A DNA stretch of 63,507 bases, the filler included, from Lenisia limosa (taxonomy: Eukaryota > Protista > Breviatea), in the NCBI GenBank assembly GCA_001655205.1. It is 10 parts of 10 records of this genome, joined end to end, with 100 filler letters (N's around TTAATTAATTAA, not from the genome) between each part and the next. Parts side by side here need not be neighbours in the genome. Positions count along the whole stretch, not along the records: positions 49,860 to 62,118 come from LPNZ01002967.1; positions 62,219 to 63,507 come from LPNZ01000660.1; 8 more parts are not named here. The stretch is one strand, 5' to 3'. A model generated the notes under the pieces. The model was not told the origin of the DNA, ran no database searches, and saw only the letters and a program-made list of their open reading frames with translations. Shown here piece after piece: positions 49,915 to 62,641 of the stretch. Positions within the stretch are counted from its first letter, which is position 1. Every line of letters starts with the position of its first letter. Both the position numbers and the translations under genes were made by a program.

Positions 49915-50934
49915 TCACTCACTTGCGCAGGGTAAAACGTAGTTGTTTCAGGGAACATGGCCAAAACATGGTCGCCAACCTGCGAGGTGAACAAACATTT
50001 TTAGAGAAACTATCAGACTTTACAGGGGTACAATATGCTCTTGCTAAACAAGATTATTGTACTTAGATTGGTGGTGTCAAATGAAGATCGAATATAAATA
50101 CAAAAAGAAAAATATGCAAAAGACAATGGCCTTGCCCTCCCCCACAGCCCAGTTTTCCTCAGCTGGCTTGACGAGCAGTCGATCGGGCTTCACTAAAAAA
50201 GGTTCTTCGGTTGAGTTTTCGCAGTCTCTCACCTTGACATCTTCACCCCTGCAATGGTGAGTTACGCCTGATAAAATTTTGCAATGAGAAATAAAATTAA
50301 TAATAGTACAATGCTCTGGTCAATAGACTGACACTATCCAGCCTCTTCTAAGTGGAAGAAGAAGTACAATTTACCCATAGAATTGGGGAGAGGTCAGTCC
50401 CGCCAACTCTTTGATCTCTTTTTTGGGGTTGACCCTTGAGCAGTTAGCCCAGACATAACCTTCTTCAACATGTGTCAGACATGCCACATCACCACTTTCC
50501 TGGAGGGGAGGGAGGGGGAGTTAAATAGAAATTATATGGAACAAAAGAAAAACTTCAAAATCAACTCTGGAGAAAAACGAAGGTAAGTTCTGGTGGGGAA
50601 AGTCGATAAAATGTAACAAGCCAGCCGAAGTTATTAGGTTAAAGAAGAAACACGCGACGTTAAATTCAGTCAATCCAGCAACATCAAATAACATTACTCC
50701 AGTCTTTCCAGATAAGATAAGTCCATGATGTTACAGATATAATATCAAGAACCATACCTTCTTGGCTCCTTTTTTACATGCTTCGAATTGGTCGTTCCAG
50801 ACCTTAGCTGCCTCTCTCTTTGGCTCAAACTGTGTAAACTCACTTTCTAATAGCCGGATTAGCTCCTGGGTAGGATTAAATATCAAGAACAGTTTTCCTA
50901 ACCAGGGTTTGAAAGTACTCTTCAACTCTTTCAT
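49915..50934 (-). CDS. SGF29: SGF29-like tandem Tudor protein (3' truncated)
   Basis: VGDHVLAMFPETTTFYPAQ matches SGF29 VLALYPQTTCFY; upstream KVDVACLTHVEEGYVWANCSRV. Confidence 0.6.
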
Positions 50935-51298
50935 GAGTAATTTGTCCGCTCGGGGGTGTTTTCAGGGAAGCAAGCTTCTGCCTCAGCGAGTGAAGGTGGG
51001 CAGGGAGATAGTCCATGATACCACAGAGATTCTAATCCTACATTTAAGAATTATGCAAAAATATGAGTGTTTAGAAAGCAGTATTACTATCAAAGAAGGT
51101 TCTTTTTTTTGTTTCTTTCGCCTAAATACTTACAGCACTTACAGTGTAAACTATCCCCTGTTTTTTTGCCTCCCCTCTGTCCCTCTCTCCCTCTCCTCTT
51201 GTGCTAATATTTAGTTCTGTCATTCTGTCTAAATTATTTATCAAGATTATTAAAAAGGGGAAACGAGAGTCAATTTTATCGGAGAACAACCAGTGACA

Positions 51299-54200
51299 AT
51301 GATTGATAACCCTTCTATGGAGTGGTATGACCTCCATCACAGCAAATACAGAAAAAGGGACATCTATGACATGGAATGGAGCACCAATCCCCTGAAGAAG
51401 GCCCTTGTTGCAAAGGCACCTAACTCAGGACCAATTGGTGTGCGATTGAATGCTTGCAGCTCTTGGCTTCTTTCTTTCACTATTGCTGTTATCATTTAGA
51501 TAATCACAATTATATGGGTCAAATCGCTCTGGGATACCTTTTTTTATATCATCTAACCCTCTAGCGGTTACGAAGAAACGAGAGTTTTTGATGGAAAGAG
51601 AGAAGCCTCTGGTAAAGATCTTCTCAGCTGCCGGGGTTCCGTTGTCGCAGTTTTCGGNNNNNNNNNNNNNNNNNNNNNNNNNNNNNNNNNNNNNNNNNNN
51701 NNNNNNNNNNNNNNNNNNNNNNNNNNNNNNNNNNNNNNNNNNNNNNNNNNNNNNNNNNNNNNNNNNNNNNNNNNNNNNNNNNNATCAATGCCATACGTGT
51801 CTTTGAAGCTCCATTCTGCCTCTTTCCAACTACCTCAAATAACCCTGTAGTATTATGGTGCCAGCATTGTGACCATGGGATGGAATGGTAATGAAGATCT
51901 GGTCATTGTTGAAGAGTGGGTTGGGATGAAATCGTTTTAATCTCAGTTGTGTTGTCAGATCTTTTGTCTTCTTTCAAAAAGTGATGGTGTTCGCAGCTTT
52001 GGACACCCAAAAAGAATAAATTTGTCATAAAAATTATTGCTATTATACCCATCTTTTTGACCAGAGATGTTTAGTCAGATTTGTGCTTTCAATTAATTTA
52101 CAACCTTACAATATAGTACTGGCAAGGTGTTCATCTATAATATGTTTGGAGAAGAGAAGGACCATTTCAGCCTCGGGAAGGTGGGTTGGTGCTTTTTCAA
52201 TTTTTCATCCCCCCCCCCCCCCCCCCGGGGNNNNNNNNNNNNNNNNNNNNNNNNNNNNNNNNNNNNNNNNNNNNNNNNNNNNNNNNNNNNNNNNNNNNNN
52301 NNNNTAGTCTTTTGAATACACTCGAATTGATTGGTTCAGGGCTGTGAAAACTTTGGAGTGGACTCAGCACAGGTCCTCCCAGCTACTGTGGTCGCCATCG
52401 CTAAAAGCTCCTATGAGGTGGGGGGCGATAAGAGCGTTTTTCTCATCAAGGTGATGCGGCCGACCTTTCCTGTTCTTATAGTGTTATAATCATTTTGAAC
52501 AAACTATTCGGCTTCGCCATCCCAGTCGGTTGTGAACCTCTGGTGGTTCAGAGTGGTTCTAATCGTCACCTTCCAGATATCACATGCCCGGTCTTACAAT
52601 GAGCACACCGCATGTTATCTCAGTGATCCTGGTAGGTCCAGTAAAATCACTCAAAACTCTTCAAGGAATAATACATTACAATTTGAAGCAATCTTGTTCG
52701 CATAGCTCCCTTATGTCGTTGTATTTTTATAATTCTATTCTCTATTTTGTATTGTGCCTCTTTTATCTAAACAGGGCTGATTGACCCCCCTGCCTCGTGG
52801 TGTGTTGTTCCTGCACCTATGTCTCCAACCGGCCAGCTCACTGTATGGGCTTTTCTATCCAAAATGTCTCAAATTCTTGATCGAAACATTCCTTTTTTAG
52901 AAATTGCACTGACGGTCCTTGAGAAAAAATTCTTTGTTTATCTTTCTTAATTGACACCCCTCTCTCCCATCAGGTTATCATTTCCACTATTGAAGGGCAT
53001 TTAATTGTGGTTGATGATGAAACTGTCAAGAATATGGTGGTGGGGGTAGATGTTCCTTGCTTCTTTTGTAAAAATAAATCAGTATTTTATTTGATATGTA
53101 CTATGACTCTGAATATACCCCCTCTCAGACAAGGGATAATCTTATATTACCCCCNNNNNNNNNNNNNNNNNNNNNNNNNNNNNNNNNNNNNNNNNNNNNN
53201 NNNNNNNNNNNNNNNNNNNNNNNNNNNNNNNNNNNNNNNNNNNNNNNNNNNNNNAGTTCCAGCCCTTCCTCCACCTCCAGCTCTCTCCCAACGGCCGGCT
53301 TGTTGCTGGTTTTACCTATGATGTAGGAGGAACCGAAGTGACTTATCCTGTCATGTTATTGCAATTCCTAACCCCCTCCCAGAAGCACGTGCTGATAATG
53401 AACAGTCATCTAAGTAACACCCATGTGGACTTCGACATTTCAGCTTCTGATGAGGGTGAAATGTTTGACGATCCTACCCAGCTGCAATGGTGCTTTGGGA
53501 ACTGTTAATGATGAGCAAGCCTCATTTATGATAATCGATCAGAGCTCCCTAAGCTTCTAGAACCCTTTTTGGTGGACAGTTTACACTATATGCATTGATC
53601 CAATACAGTTTTTGATAGTAATGTGGTAATTCAGTTTTTTTGTTGCATTTTGACTGAGTGTTGCCTAATCCACCTTCAGGGTTGGCTCCGAAGCAGTAGC
53701 AGTTGTGTGGTCAAGGCTCCTTCTTCTTGTTGGCAAAGGCACTACAAGGTTTGAATTTGAGAGAAATAAGAATATAATAATGTATTGGCAGATTTAATGA
53801 CATGTTGTGATGAAATAAGATGAGTGTGACCTTTTTAGCGGTAAAATGACAGCCAGCTCAACGACACACTTCCTCTACGACCATGATATTTTTGTGATGA
53901 CTGAAGCGGACGGAGCTGTTGTCTTCAACCAGAGGAAGAGCGAATTCCTTTCCATTGTTCCAAGTGGGACTTTTTCCAAGGATATATTCTCCCTCCTCCA
54001 ACTTCTTTCTCACTGCTCCTCAGATGAAACCGTTCAGATCTTCGAGATGGGCTCTTCATCTCCTGGAGCCCTCCTGCGGGAGGCGTGGGAGAGCTTCGAG
54101 GAAAACGACCCCCGTGCTGATGAGCTCATCCGAACACTTCAGTTCAAGGATAAGGTGGGTCGAGAACTAAAGGCATTGTGTCTATTGCACTGCACCCCTC

Positions 54201-57200
54201 CCTATTGTGACAGTCCTCTAGTTAACTGATGCGGTGCGCGAGGTAACGACCGCGGCCAGTATGGAGTTTGAGGCTCGGATGCAGAAGCATCTCATGAAGG
54301 TGCGAGCCAAACAAAACTCAGTACCGAGTAGACCTTGTGTTGTAACCTCAACTAAAATTTCCTTGTTATCTCTTTATATATTAATCCTAATCCAAATACT
54401 ATTCCTATTTCATCCCCCAATAAATTTCCTTTTACCCCNNNNNNNNNNNNNNNNNNNNNNNNNNNNNNNNNNNNNNNNNNNNNNNNNNNNNNNNNNNNNN
54501 NNNNNNNNNNNNNNNNNNNNNNNNNNNNNNNNCGAATTCGTTGAAACCTGCAAGGTTTGTTACTCTATTCTCAACTAGTTACTTTCTTAATCTTTAACAT
54601 AAAGCAGGTTGATAGACCAGAATATCTGCTCGTATTTCGAACCAGCCTGTGTATTTCATTATTATAAAAACCCATCGTAAATATCTACCTGCTTATTTCT
54701 TGTAACTTGTCGAAATTAGAAACATAAACCAAAGAAGAAGTGAAAATAAGAGTAGAGCTAGAGGGTTGTCTCTCACTGTTGTATAATACTATTTTTAGAT
54801 TCTTATCATAGTATGTGCCCAATATTAACATTAGTAGCGGCTCAGCAGATAAAACCTTGAAACCATAACTGAGAGTTCAATATTGCAGTTAATAATGATG
54901 GAATTACATGAGTTTAAGTTAATACATTGGCCAAAATCCTGTCACACGTTTCTGGTTTACTAATCTGCTTACAAACATATTTAGAATTAAGATATGACCT
55001 TTTAGATGATGAGGGTGCTGAACAGTGTACGGCAGCCAGATGTTGGGCTCTTCCTCACCCTCACACAGGCGAATAGGGTGGGATATGCGAAGAGGGTGGG
55101 ATATGCGAATCATAATGATGGAGGTGGATGCTGAGAAACGAGAAACAGATAGAATGATTTGGCTTGCATAATGCCAGTCGTTACTATGGATTGCTAAATT
55201 GTTGACTTGCAGATGGGGCCGGACGGAATAGTGCGGCGGTTATTGCGTCGACGCTCATTTTTGATGGCAGTGCGCGTGTGCGACTACTTGGGACTTGCCA
55301 CGCACAACGCTGTGTTGGAGTGGGCCTGTCAGAAGGTCAAAGTTGATCTGGTGGGGGAGGGGGGCATTATATGTGTGTTATTAATGACAAACTATTATAT
55401 ATTTTTGATGCTTTAGGATGATGAGACTCTCGCACAGAAAATTGTTGAGAAAGTCAAGGGAGTTCAAGGATTGCCATTCGCCAAGGTGAGGAGAGGGTTG
55501 GTCAATTGAATATGATATATTATTTTCATACTGGGATATATAGGGGTCATGTATAAGTTAGATCAAGGAATCTCAATCATTGTAGAATTTCTGATAATAA
55601 TCTGGTAATCTAACAATTTAAAAATCTGATAATCTAACAATCTAATAATCTATAACGTCATGATCGATCTAGGTTGCCCAGTCAGCTCTTCATGCCGGTA
55701 AAGAGAACCTCACTATCCTTGTATGGGGTGTTATCAGCATTCTGTATGGTGATGGGTTTTATTTCAGCCACCACCCACCCTATCACCACCCAGCTGCTTG
55801 ACCATGAGCCACGAGCCTCCGAACAGGTCCCGGTACTTCTGGCCATGAGCAAACAAGAGCTTGCTCTCGACAAGGCGCTCGAATCCGGTTCGCCTCTTAC
55901 TCCATAGCATTTTATGGATTATTGTATCGGGCTGAAGCATGTTTATCAGAGATGTGCATTTAAAAGTTCTGAGCCATTGTTATAAATGTGAATTACCACC
56001 TGCAGGAGACACCGACCTTGTGTACAGAGTGTTGCTCCGGCTGCAACCGTCAACAACAGAAGACTCCGATGACGAGTTTGGTCTTGGTAACATTGCTCGA
56101 GGAGATGAGGACGCTTCCCTCCAGAAACTGTTCTATCTTCTCAGGTCTAGAGTATGCTTCCAGTGACAGCGCATATCTTTATCTTCCCATCTCCATCTCC
56201 ATCTCACTCCATCACCCCTATCATCATCCTTCCTCCCATCTCCATCCCCTCTTCTCCTACCTCACCCCTTAGCCTGCTGCAGTTGAGCTATTTGTTAAAT
56301 ACAACAAGGAGTTGCATCTTGATGTTGTCAAGGACTATTTACAGCGAGTATGTTGAACATTATTGGAGGTGCAGAATAATATCATACTGAGAGTATATTA
56401 TTATATCATATCGGGTCCATCATTATGTTCGCAATGGTATGATGTTTTGATTCTAAAACCTATCTATTTGCTTGCTTTTTACTCTTCCATTACAACAGAG
56501 TTTGTGTTTGATTGTTGAGGTTCCAATTTACCCCCCCCTCCCTCCCTTCCAGGATAACCGCTCGCGTGAGACAGGAGACATGCACTCGCAACTGGCACAC
56601 AAGTCAGCTGAACAGCACGATTATGACGGCGCGCACGACCAGCTCGGCAAGGCCCTCGCAAACTACAGAATGACCAAGGTGCGTTGTGATGCCATCGTTT
56701 TAGTTGTCTTATTCTGATACTCTGATATTTCTGTCTTGCCTCCTTGATCTCTGAAGGAAACTGCGTTGGAGGCGCGGCTGACCGAACAAGAGAGTCGACT
56801 CCTCGTCACGCACCAGGATCTCGCAACCAAAACCGGGTCAAGGTGGGGATCATCATCAATTATCCTAATCACTGCCACACCTTAAGCTCCTCATACATCC
56901 CTTGATTGTTATCTCCCAGTCGGTGGTACGGCATGCCTCTCTCGCGCACACTGCAGGAAATGGTGTCGACAGGCAGCACTCCAGCAGCCCAAAAGCTCTG
57001 CAAGCAGTTCAAGGTCCCGGACAAGCGATGGGTGTACATCAGAGTTGGAGGGCAAGAGAGGGGTGTATGGCATAAAATATCCTCTTTTTTTTCTACCAAG
57101 TTTTCTTTATTCGGATCAAAATTATAATATCCTCTAGTATCAAAAATCATTTGTAGTCGAGTTACCTTGGTTTTGATGACCCCTCTCCCCCTTAGATTAA

Positions 57201-57799
57201 GTCCTACTCCGCTGGTGGCAAGTGGGAGGACTTCCTCCATGTCTTAACGGAGAAGAAGAAGCCGATCATTGGATTCATGCCGTTCATCCGCTACGCTGAC
57301 AAGCACCAGGCTCCTGATGTTTGAAGCCATTCATCTCTTCTCACCATTCATCTCTCATCATTCATCTCTTCTCATCATTCATCTCTTCTCATCATTCATC
57401 TCTTCTCATCATTCATCTCTTCTCTATCCAGTACTAACCCGACATAGCGAGTTCTTCGTGAAATCATTCGCCGCATCCCCCAACCTGCAATCCAGGTGGA
57501 ACAGTACATGAAGCACAGGTGGGCTGAAGGAGGGTCTTTGTTTTGTCATCTGCCACAACGCTCACATTTTAGAATGGTGAAGGATGCAGTGGAAGTGTCT
57601 GTACATAAGAAGGATGCCGAGCTTTTGGCTTCTGTGGGAGGGGAGCGTATGTGTTGTAATGCTCTGATGAGTTTTCCCCATAAAGTGTGAAGTTGTTTTG
57701 CTGTTTGATTTGATCTCTTAGATCCGGGCAGCTCCAACTCTCTCCAATGCAGACAAGGTCTTCATTGATACCGCCATGGCCGGTCTAACGGACCGCTAA
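51299..57799 (+). CDS. VPS16: Vacuolar protein sorting 16 (HOPS/CORVET core)
   Basis: NPSMEWYDLHHSKYRKRDIYDMEW, APNSGPI, SSSPGALLREAWESFEENDPRADE, FLMAVRVCDYLGL, LLDHEPRASEQVPVLLAM, ALDKALESGDTDLVY, KQFKVPDKRW, KKPIIGFMPF. Confidence 0.95.
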
Positions 57800-57922
57800 T
57801 TTTATTTATGGACTCTACCGGTCTCTACTATTAATAACATTGTGTCACCCCAGCTGCAGTGAATTGATCAAATGAATCCTTTTTGGAATAAAATACAACA
57901 TTATACATAGTCAACAAGAAAC

Positions 57923-60610
57923 CTAGTCTAAAGCCCTTCCAATGAGTTTTCGAGACTCTTCTGAAAGAACCTTCGGGAACTGAATGGAGAAGTGGATCTG
58001 AAAAAGTTAATCTCATCCATGGCATTCGGTGAAAAAGTTAAATCTCATCCATGGCATTCGGGGTACCTTGAGGTTGCCCTTGATGCCCTGGATTTTCTCC
58101 GGCATTCCTTCACTCTCCACGTTGAACACAAAACCGGGTCTGTTGTGGTTAGGAATACTAGTGTCAGCCAATGTCGGAAAACTGAGCAGCCCACCCACGT
58201 GATAATAGAAGAGACCGAGAGACAGAGACGCCTTCCGTCTAACGTCGTGAGCCGCACCAAATGGCCAGTCAACGCCTGTTTGAGGCTGACGGTCTCGTGG
58301 TATACAAGGTCTCGACCCTCACGCTTGAAGAGGGGGTGTGGCAATTCACGGATCTCAACCACCAGGGTTTCTTTGTGGTGAGAGGCAAGAGATATGTATT
58401 TGGAGTATATCGTGAATTACTATTCCTCATTTAGCATCGGTCATTGAAGTGCCCCCTTATATCAGACCCACTAGCTTGTTGGCCTGGTATACTGTCGCCT
58501 TCCCCGGGGTAGTTCACCTTCGTCCCTGATTTCCTGGCCAAATAAGACAGGAAATAACAGATACGCCACAAAGATGGGACGGCAACTTACCATCCTTTTC
58601 GCAACTGAACATTCACTGTTGCCATTTCTTCAACTCCGTTCTTCATGCGCTAAAGAGTTAGGGGGGGGGGGGGNNNNNNNNNNNNNNNNNNNNNNNNNNN
58701 NNNNNNNNNNNNNNNNNNNNNNNNNNNNNNNNNNNNNNNNNNNNNNNNNNNNNNNNNNNNNNNNNNNNNNNNNNNNNNNNNNNNNNNNNNNNNATACCCA
58801 AGGGTTGCAAACGACAAAACAAACAAAGTCAAATGAACAATTTACGAAACAAGAGCCCCCGGAATCAACGCTACTGCTAAAACATTTGACAAACACAAGA
58901 GAATTGAAAACAAAAAAACAAACAAACCCAGACCAGTCGCTTCAGCAACACCCGGAGGGTTGGAAGAAAAAATGGTGGGGTAAATAGGGAACAACAAAAA
59001 CAAAACACGAATATCAACTTTATTGCTTAACATTGGTGAATTTTGATACTGTTAGTCTTACTGTAAGAAGTGAGTCCGTAATATTTTCTAATATTTGGTC
59101 TGTTCACACCCAATGATTCTTTGAACGATATCTCTNNNNNNNNNNNNNNNNNNNNNNNNNNNNNNNNNNNNNNNNNNNNNNNNNNNNNNNNNNNNNNNNN
59201 NNNNNNNNNNNNNNNNNNNNNNNAGGGAGCAGTCTAAAACTACGGTCTGCGTTTCGGCTGCAGGTTGAGGGGCTGCCGTCTGGGGGTCAGCCGCTGATAT
59301 CCTACATACAAGGTGCGGAGCACACCTATATATATGGTATGGTGTGCGGTTTGTCCATTTGTTCCATATTACTATTATTACAAGCTAGCGAATAACGAGA
59401 GGAATAGCATTTTAACGGTCATCGTCGATATTGTCCATAAGGTACTCCATACCTGTTGGGGTGCATGGGCGATAAAAACTGGTGTCGCGAGAGCTGAAAG
59501 AATAAATGCTGACAAATATCCTTTATTGCTAACTAAATTTACTCCGCCCCTCACCGCTTTGGAAGTCGATACCAAAGGGATTGTCTCCTCCAAAGAATTC
59601 GTTAAATACCATATCAGCGTCAACCTGGAGGGTGATGAGTTATATGTATGTAAATGTATATAAAACGGGAAAGTGTGGGGAGGGGAGCAAAAATAGTATT
59701 CAGAATTAACTCTGTTGGCTTAAAATTTCAAAAAACACCCAAGGGTTGAAAACAACAAAACATACAAAACCCAAGGTGAAGCCACTCACATCGGGCATGG
59801 AAGGCGGCATGTTTTGCTTTGTCATAGGGTCCTGGTAACCTGAATGGTAAGAAAAAAAGAAGAAAAACAACAACAAAAAAAAAAACATAACGGCAATTAA
59901 ACAGTACTTTTCTCCTTTGGTTTAGTGTCATACTTCTCCCTCCTTACCACTGACGAGGGCATCGAATCCAAAGTGCTGGTAAATGGCTCGGGTCTTGCCT
60001 AAGGTGTGACTCAAGAAAACGGAGAACAACGCTGGAATCTTCTTTTGAGAAGAACAAACGATTTGGAAAATCTAATTTCAAAATGAAAATACTTCTTTTT
60101 TAAAGCCCATGTTAACAAGGAATTGATCTACCAAATAAAACTACTATAATGGCCTCGCATTTCAACAAGACAAGAAGGTCAATGTGGGAAGGTGGGAAGA
60201 GGGGGAAGACAGGTAAGCTGCAGTTAATCCCTTCAGGAGCTTACGGTCTTTCAAAATAACATAAGCAAGGGCAATGTCTTCGAAGTTCTTTCTAGCAACG
60301 TCGGCAGGCCCGTCCTATAAATAAAAATTGGTTCTTGTACTCTATATCAAATCCTGATCTCTTTTTCAAGGTACAAGCTGCTTACATTTTTGTTAGGATG
60401 CCAGGTCATTGCCATTTGACGGTATCTAGGGAAAGTAAAAACTGTAAAAGAAGGAGAAACTCGCCTCTTAATCCAAAAACCACCAAATTATAATCATAAA
60501 GTAACAAAAACATGACTAGTATGCGGGAAAACACGGATAACCTACGATCTGTTGAGCTCTTGGTCGGTCACAGACCGAGTGACATTAAGAATCTTATAAA
60601 AGTCTCCCAT
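57923..60610 (-). CDS. Type II J-protein (DNAJB-like) with HPN in place of HPD
   Basis: MGDFYKILNVTRSVTDQELNRS|YRQMAMTWHPNKN|..NFEDIALAYVILKDP, DMVFNEFFGGDNPF, GTKVNYPGEGD, HPLFKREGRDLV..VSLKQALTG, GNLKIHFSIQFP. Confidence 0.9.
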
Positions 60611-60901
60611 ATTATAGTATTATTAGCACAGTATGGGATTAAACTGGGATTAAAGGAACTTTTAAAAAAAAGGCTGAAAAGATTAAAAAATGTGGGTCAA
60701 CCGCCACCCATATATTGATATATATATAAAAATTGCTTTTTTTGCCAAACCATCCCTATAATAGCTTCATAGTAAATCGTGTTTACATATATAAGCAAGG
60801 AGAACTCTGTTTACTAGATCTTTGGTTCCATTTCTGGCTAAACTTGTCTTTAAATCATGTTAATGATGCCAAATTCATAAATAGCGTTTGATTTAGTAAA
60901 T

Positions 60902-61990
60902 ATGCTTGATAAAATACGAAGCATTGTCAGTGGAGACAAGATTAGGTTGGTCTTTCTTTTCCCCTTGGTCCCTTTACGGCTTATCTCCACAGATACTGCG
61001 TTGGAGAGTTTAATCTTGACCTCACATATATCACTGACAATGTTATTGGTAAGTCCACTCTTCAACGCACCCCTTTTGACTCCTTAGCAATGGGCTTCCC
61101 TGCCTCGGGGATGGAAGGCACGTACCGTAACAACATTGAGAATGTTGCTCGAATGCTGAATGCTACACACCCTGCACAGGTATCCCAGATACACTGCTTC
61201 ATCTCTACAACAATTAATCCCCTTTACTCTGTAGTATCTTATCTTCAACCTCACCGAAAGAGAGTATGACTACTCCCGTTTTGACAATCAAGTGGGTGAG
61301 GTGGAGTCAGAGTAGACCTTGGGAATGTGTGACCCCNNNNNNNNNNNNNNNNNNNNNNNNNNNNNNNNNNNNNNNNNNNNNNNNNNNNNNNNNNNNNNNN
61401 NNNNNNNNNNNNNNNNNNNNNNNNNNNNNNNNNNNNNNNNNNNNNNNNNNNNNNNNNNNNNNNNNNNNNNNNNNNNNNNNNNNNNNNNNNNNNNNNNNNN
61501 NNNNNNNNNNAGACCCGAAGAACATTGTTGCCGTGCACTGCCTCGTGGGTTCCTGCCTCTTCAGTTTTCAGTTCATCATGCATCGCATCTGACAACCCAG
61601 GCTGGTCGCGGCAGGACGGGTACTGTTATCTGCTGCTATCTTATGCTGTCTCTTTTTTCGCCCGACATCAAGGATGGTATGCTGACAGTAAAGTCTTCGT
61701 ATTTTATCAGGTATTTTATCTCACATTTTAGCCATTATGTTTTTTGGTGCGCGAAGAAGCCTCAAAGATGAGGGTGTCACTAATCCAGGCCAACTCCGCT
61801 ACATTAACTACTTCAACTCTGTCATCCGTGAGGAGGTTCTTTTCATCCAAATCCGATGTCAACTTTTTGACACTAACATATGATTGACTTTTTAGGAACC
61901 CCATCATTGACACTCAATCGAGATCCTCTCCTGCTTCACACCATAACCATTTCCCCCCTCCCCTCCGTCAAGCCCTTCAAACCACTTATT
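60902..61990 (+). CDS. PTEN-family phosphatase (3' truncated)
   Basis: MLDKIRSIVSGDKIR|..[75 protein letters not shown]. Confidence 0.9.
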
Positions 61991-62567
61991 GAAGTTTTTG
62001 ACATGGGAAAGGTTAGAGAATGTTGAGTGTCCAGATGTTGGGGTAGGAGCAGAAAAACAATTCGAAATAGTAGCCCTCCCCCCCCCCACCACCATCTCAA
62101 TTGTATAGCCCCCCTCCANNNNNNNNNNNNNNNNNNNNNNNNNNNNNNNNNNNNNNNNNNNNTTAATTAATTAANNNNNNNNNNNNNNNNNNNNNNNNNN
62201 NNNNNNNNNNNNNNNNNNTGTATATGTGGATATGCGTGGATTGAGAAAGGATGATCCAGGGGGTGGCTATGTACATTATGTGGATATGCGTGGATTCATC
62301 CTGAAGGTTGACAGTGACTGTTCAGGTTGGAATGCAGCGGCAGTTCATTTTGCGGAGGGAAGGTTACCTGGCACCGCCCCCCTCATACCGGATGAGGAGT
62401 TGAGTGTGGAGTAAATGGTGAGGCAGCCCCCCATCTTATCATCGTTACTCCAATATTGGTTTCTTATACATTTAGGTAGTGCTAGTAGTTTATTTAATCC
62501 TGTTGGAATGTACTTAATTATTTGTTTCTTTGGGAGGAGTAAAGCATATCATATCATATATCATCTG

Positions 62568-62641
62568 TAGGGCTTCCCTACGGTCCCAAAAAAGACCTAA
62601 TCTCGCGAAAAATCTTCGATATTTCGACTCGGGAAGCTCTA
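62568..62641. mobile_element. hAT-type MITE family A copy (internally shortened)
   Basis: TAGGGCTTCCCTACGGTCCCAAAAAAGAC...GGGAAGCTCTA; flanks ATCATCTG / ATCCTATA (5/8). Confidence 0.75.

Noticed and set aside
14429-60610. PACRGL plus DNAJB13-like as proof of a cryptic flagellum
   Set aside because: They are on different scaffolds, PACRGL also occurs in non-flagellated lineages, and DNAJB13 orthology is unproven.
201-61771. Long ORFs in the supplied track that contain X runs or span introns
   Set aside because: They read through N gaps or unspliced introns and do not represent real proteins.
3853-62218. Regularly recurring palindrome TTAATTAATTAA as a biological repeat or recombination site
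   Set aside because: It is always centred in exactly 44+44 N and has stops in all six frames, so it is an artificial contig linker.
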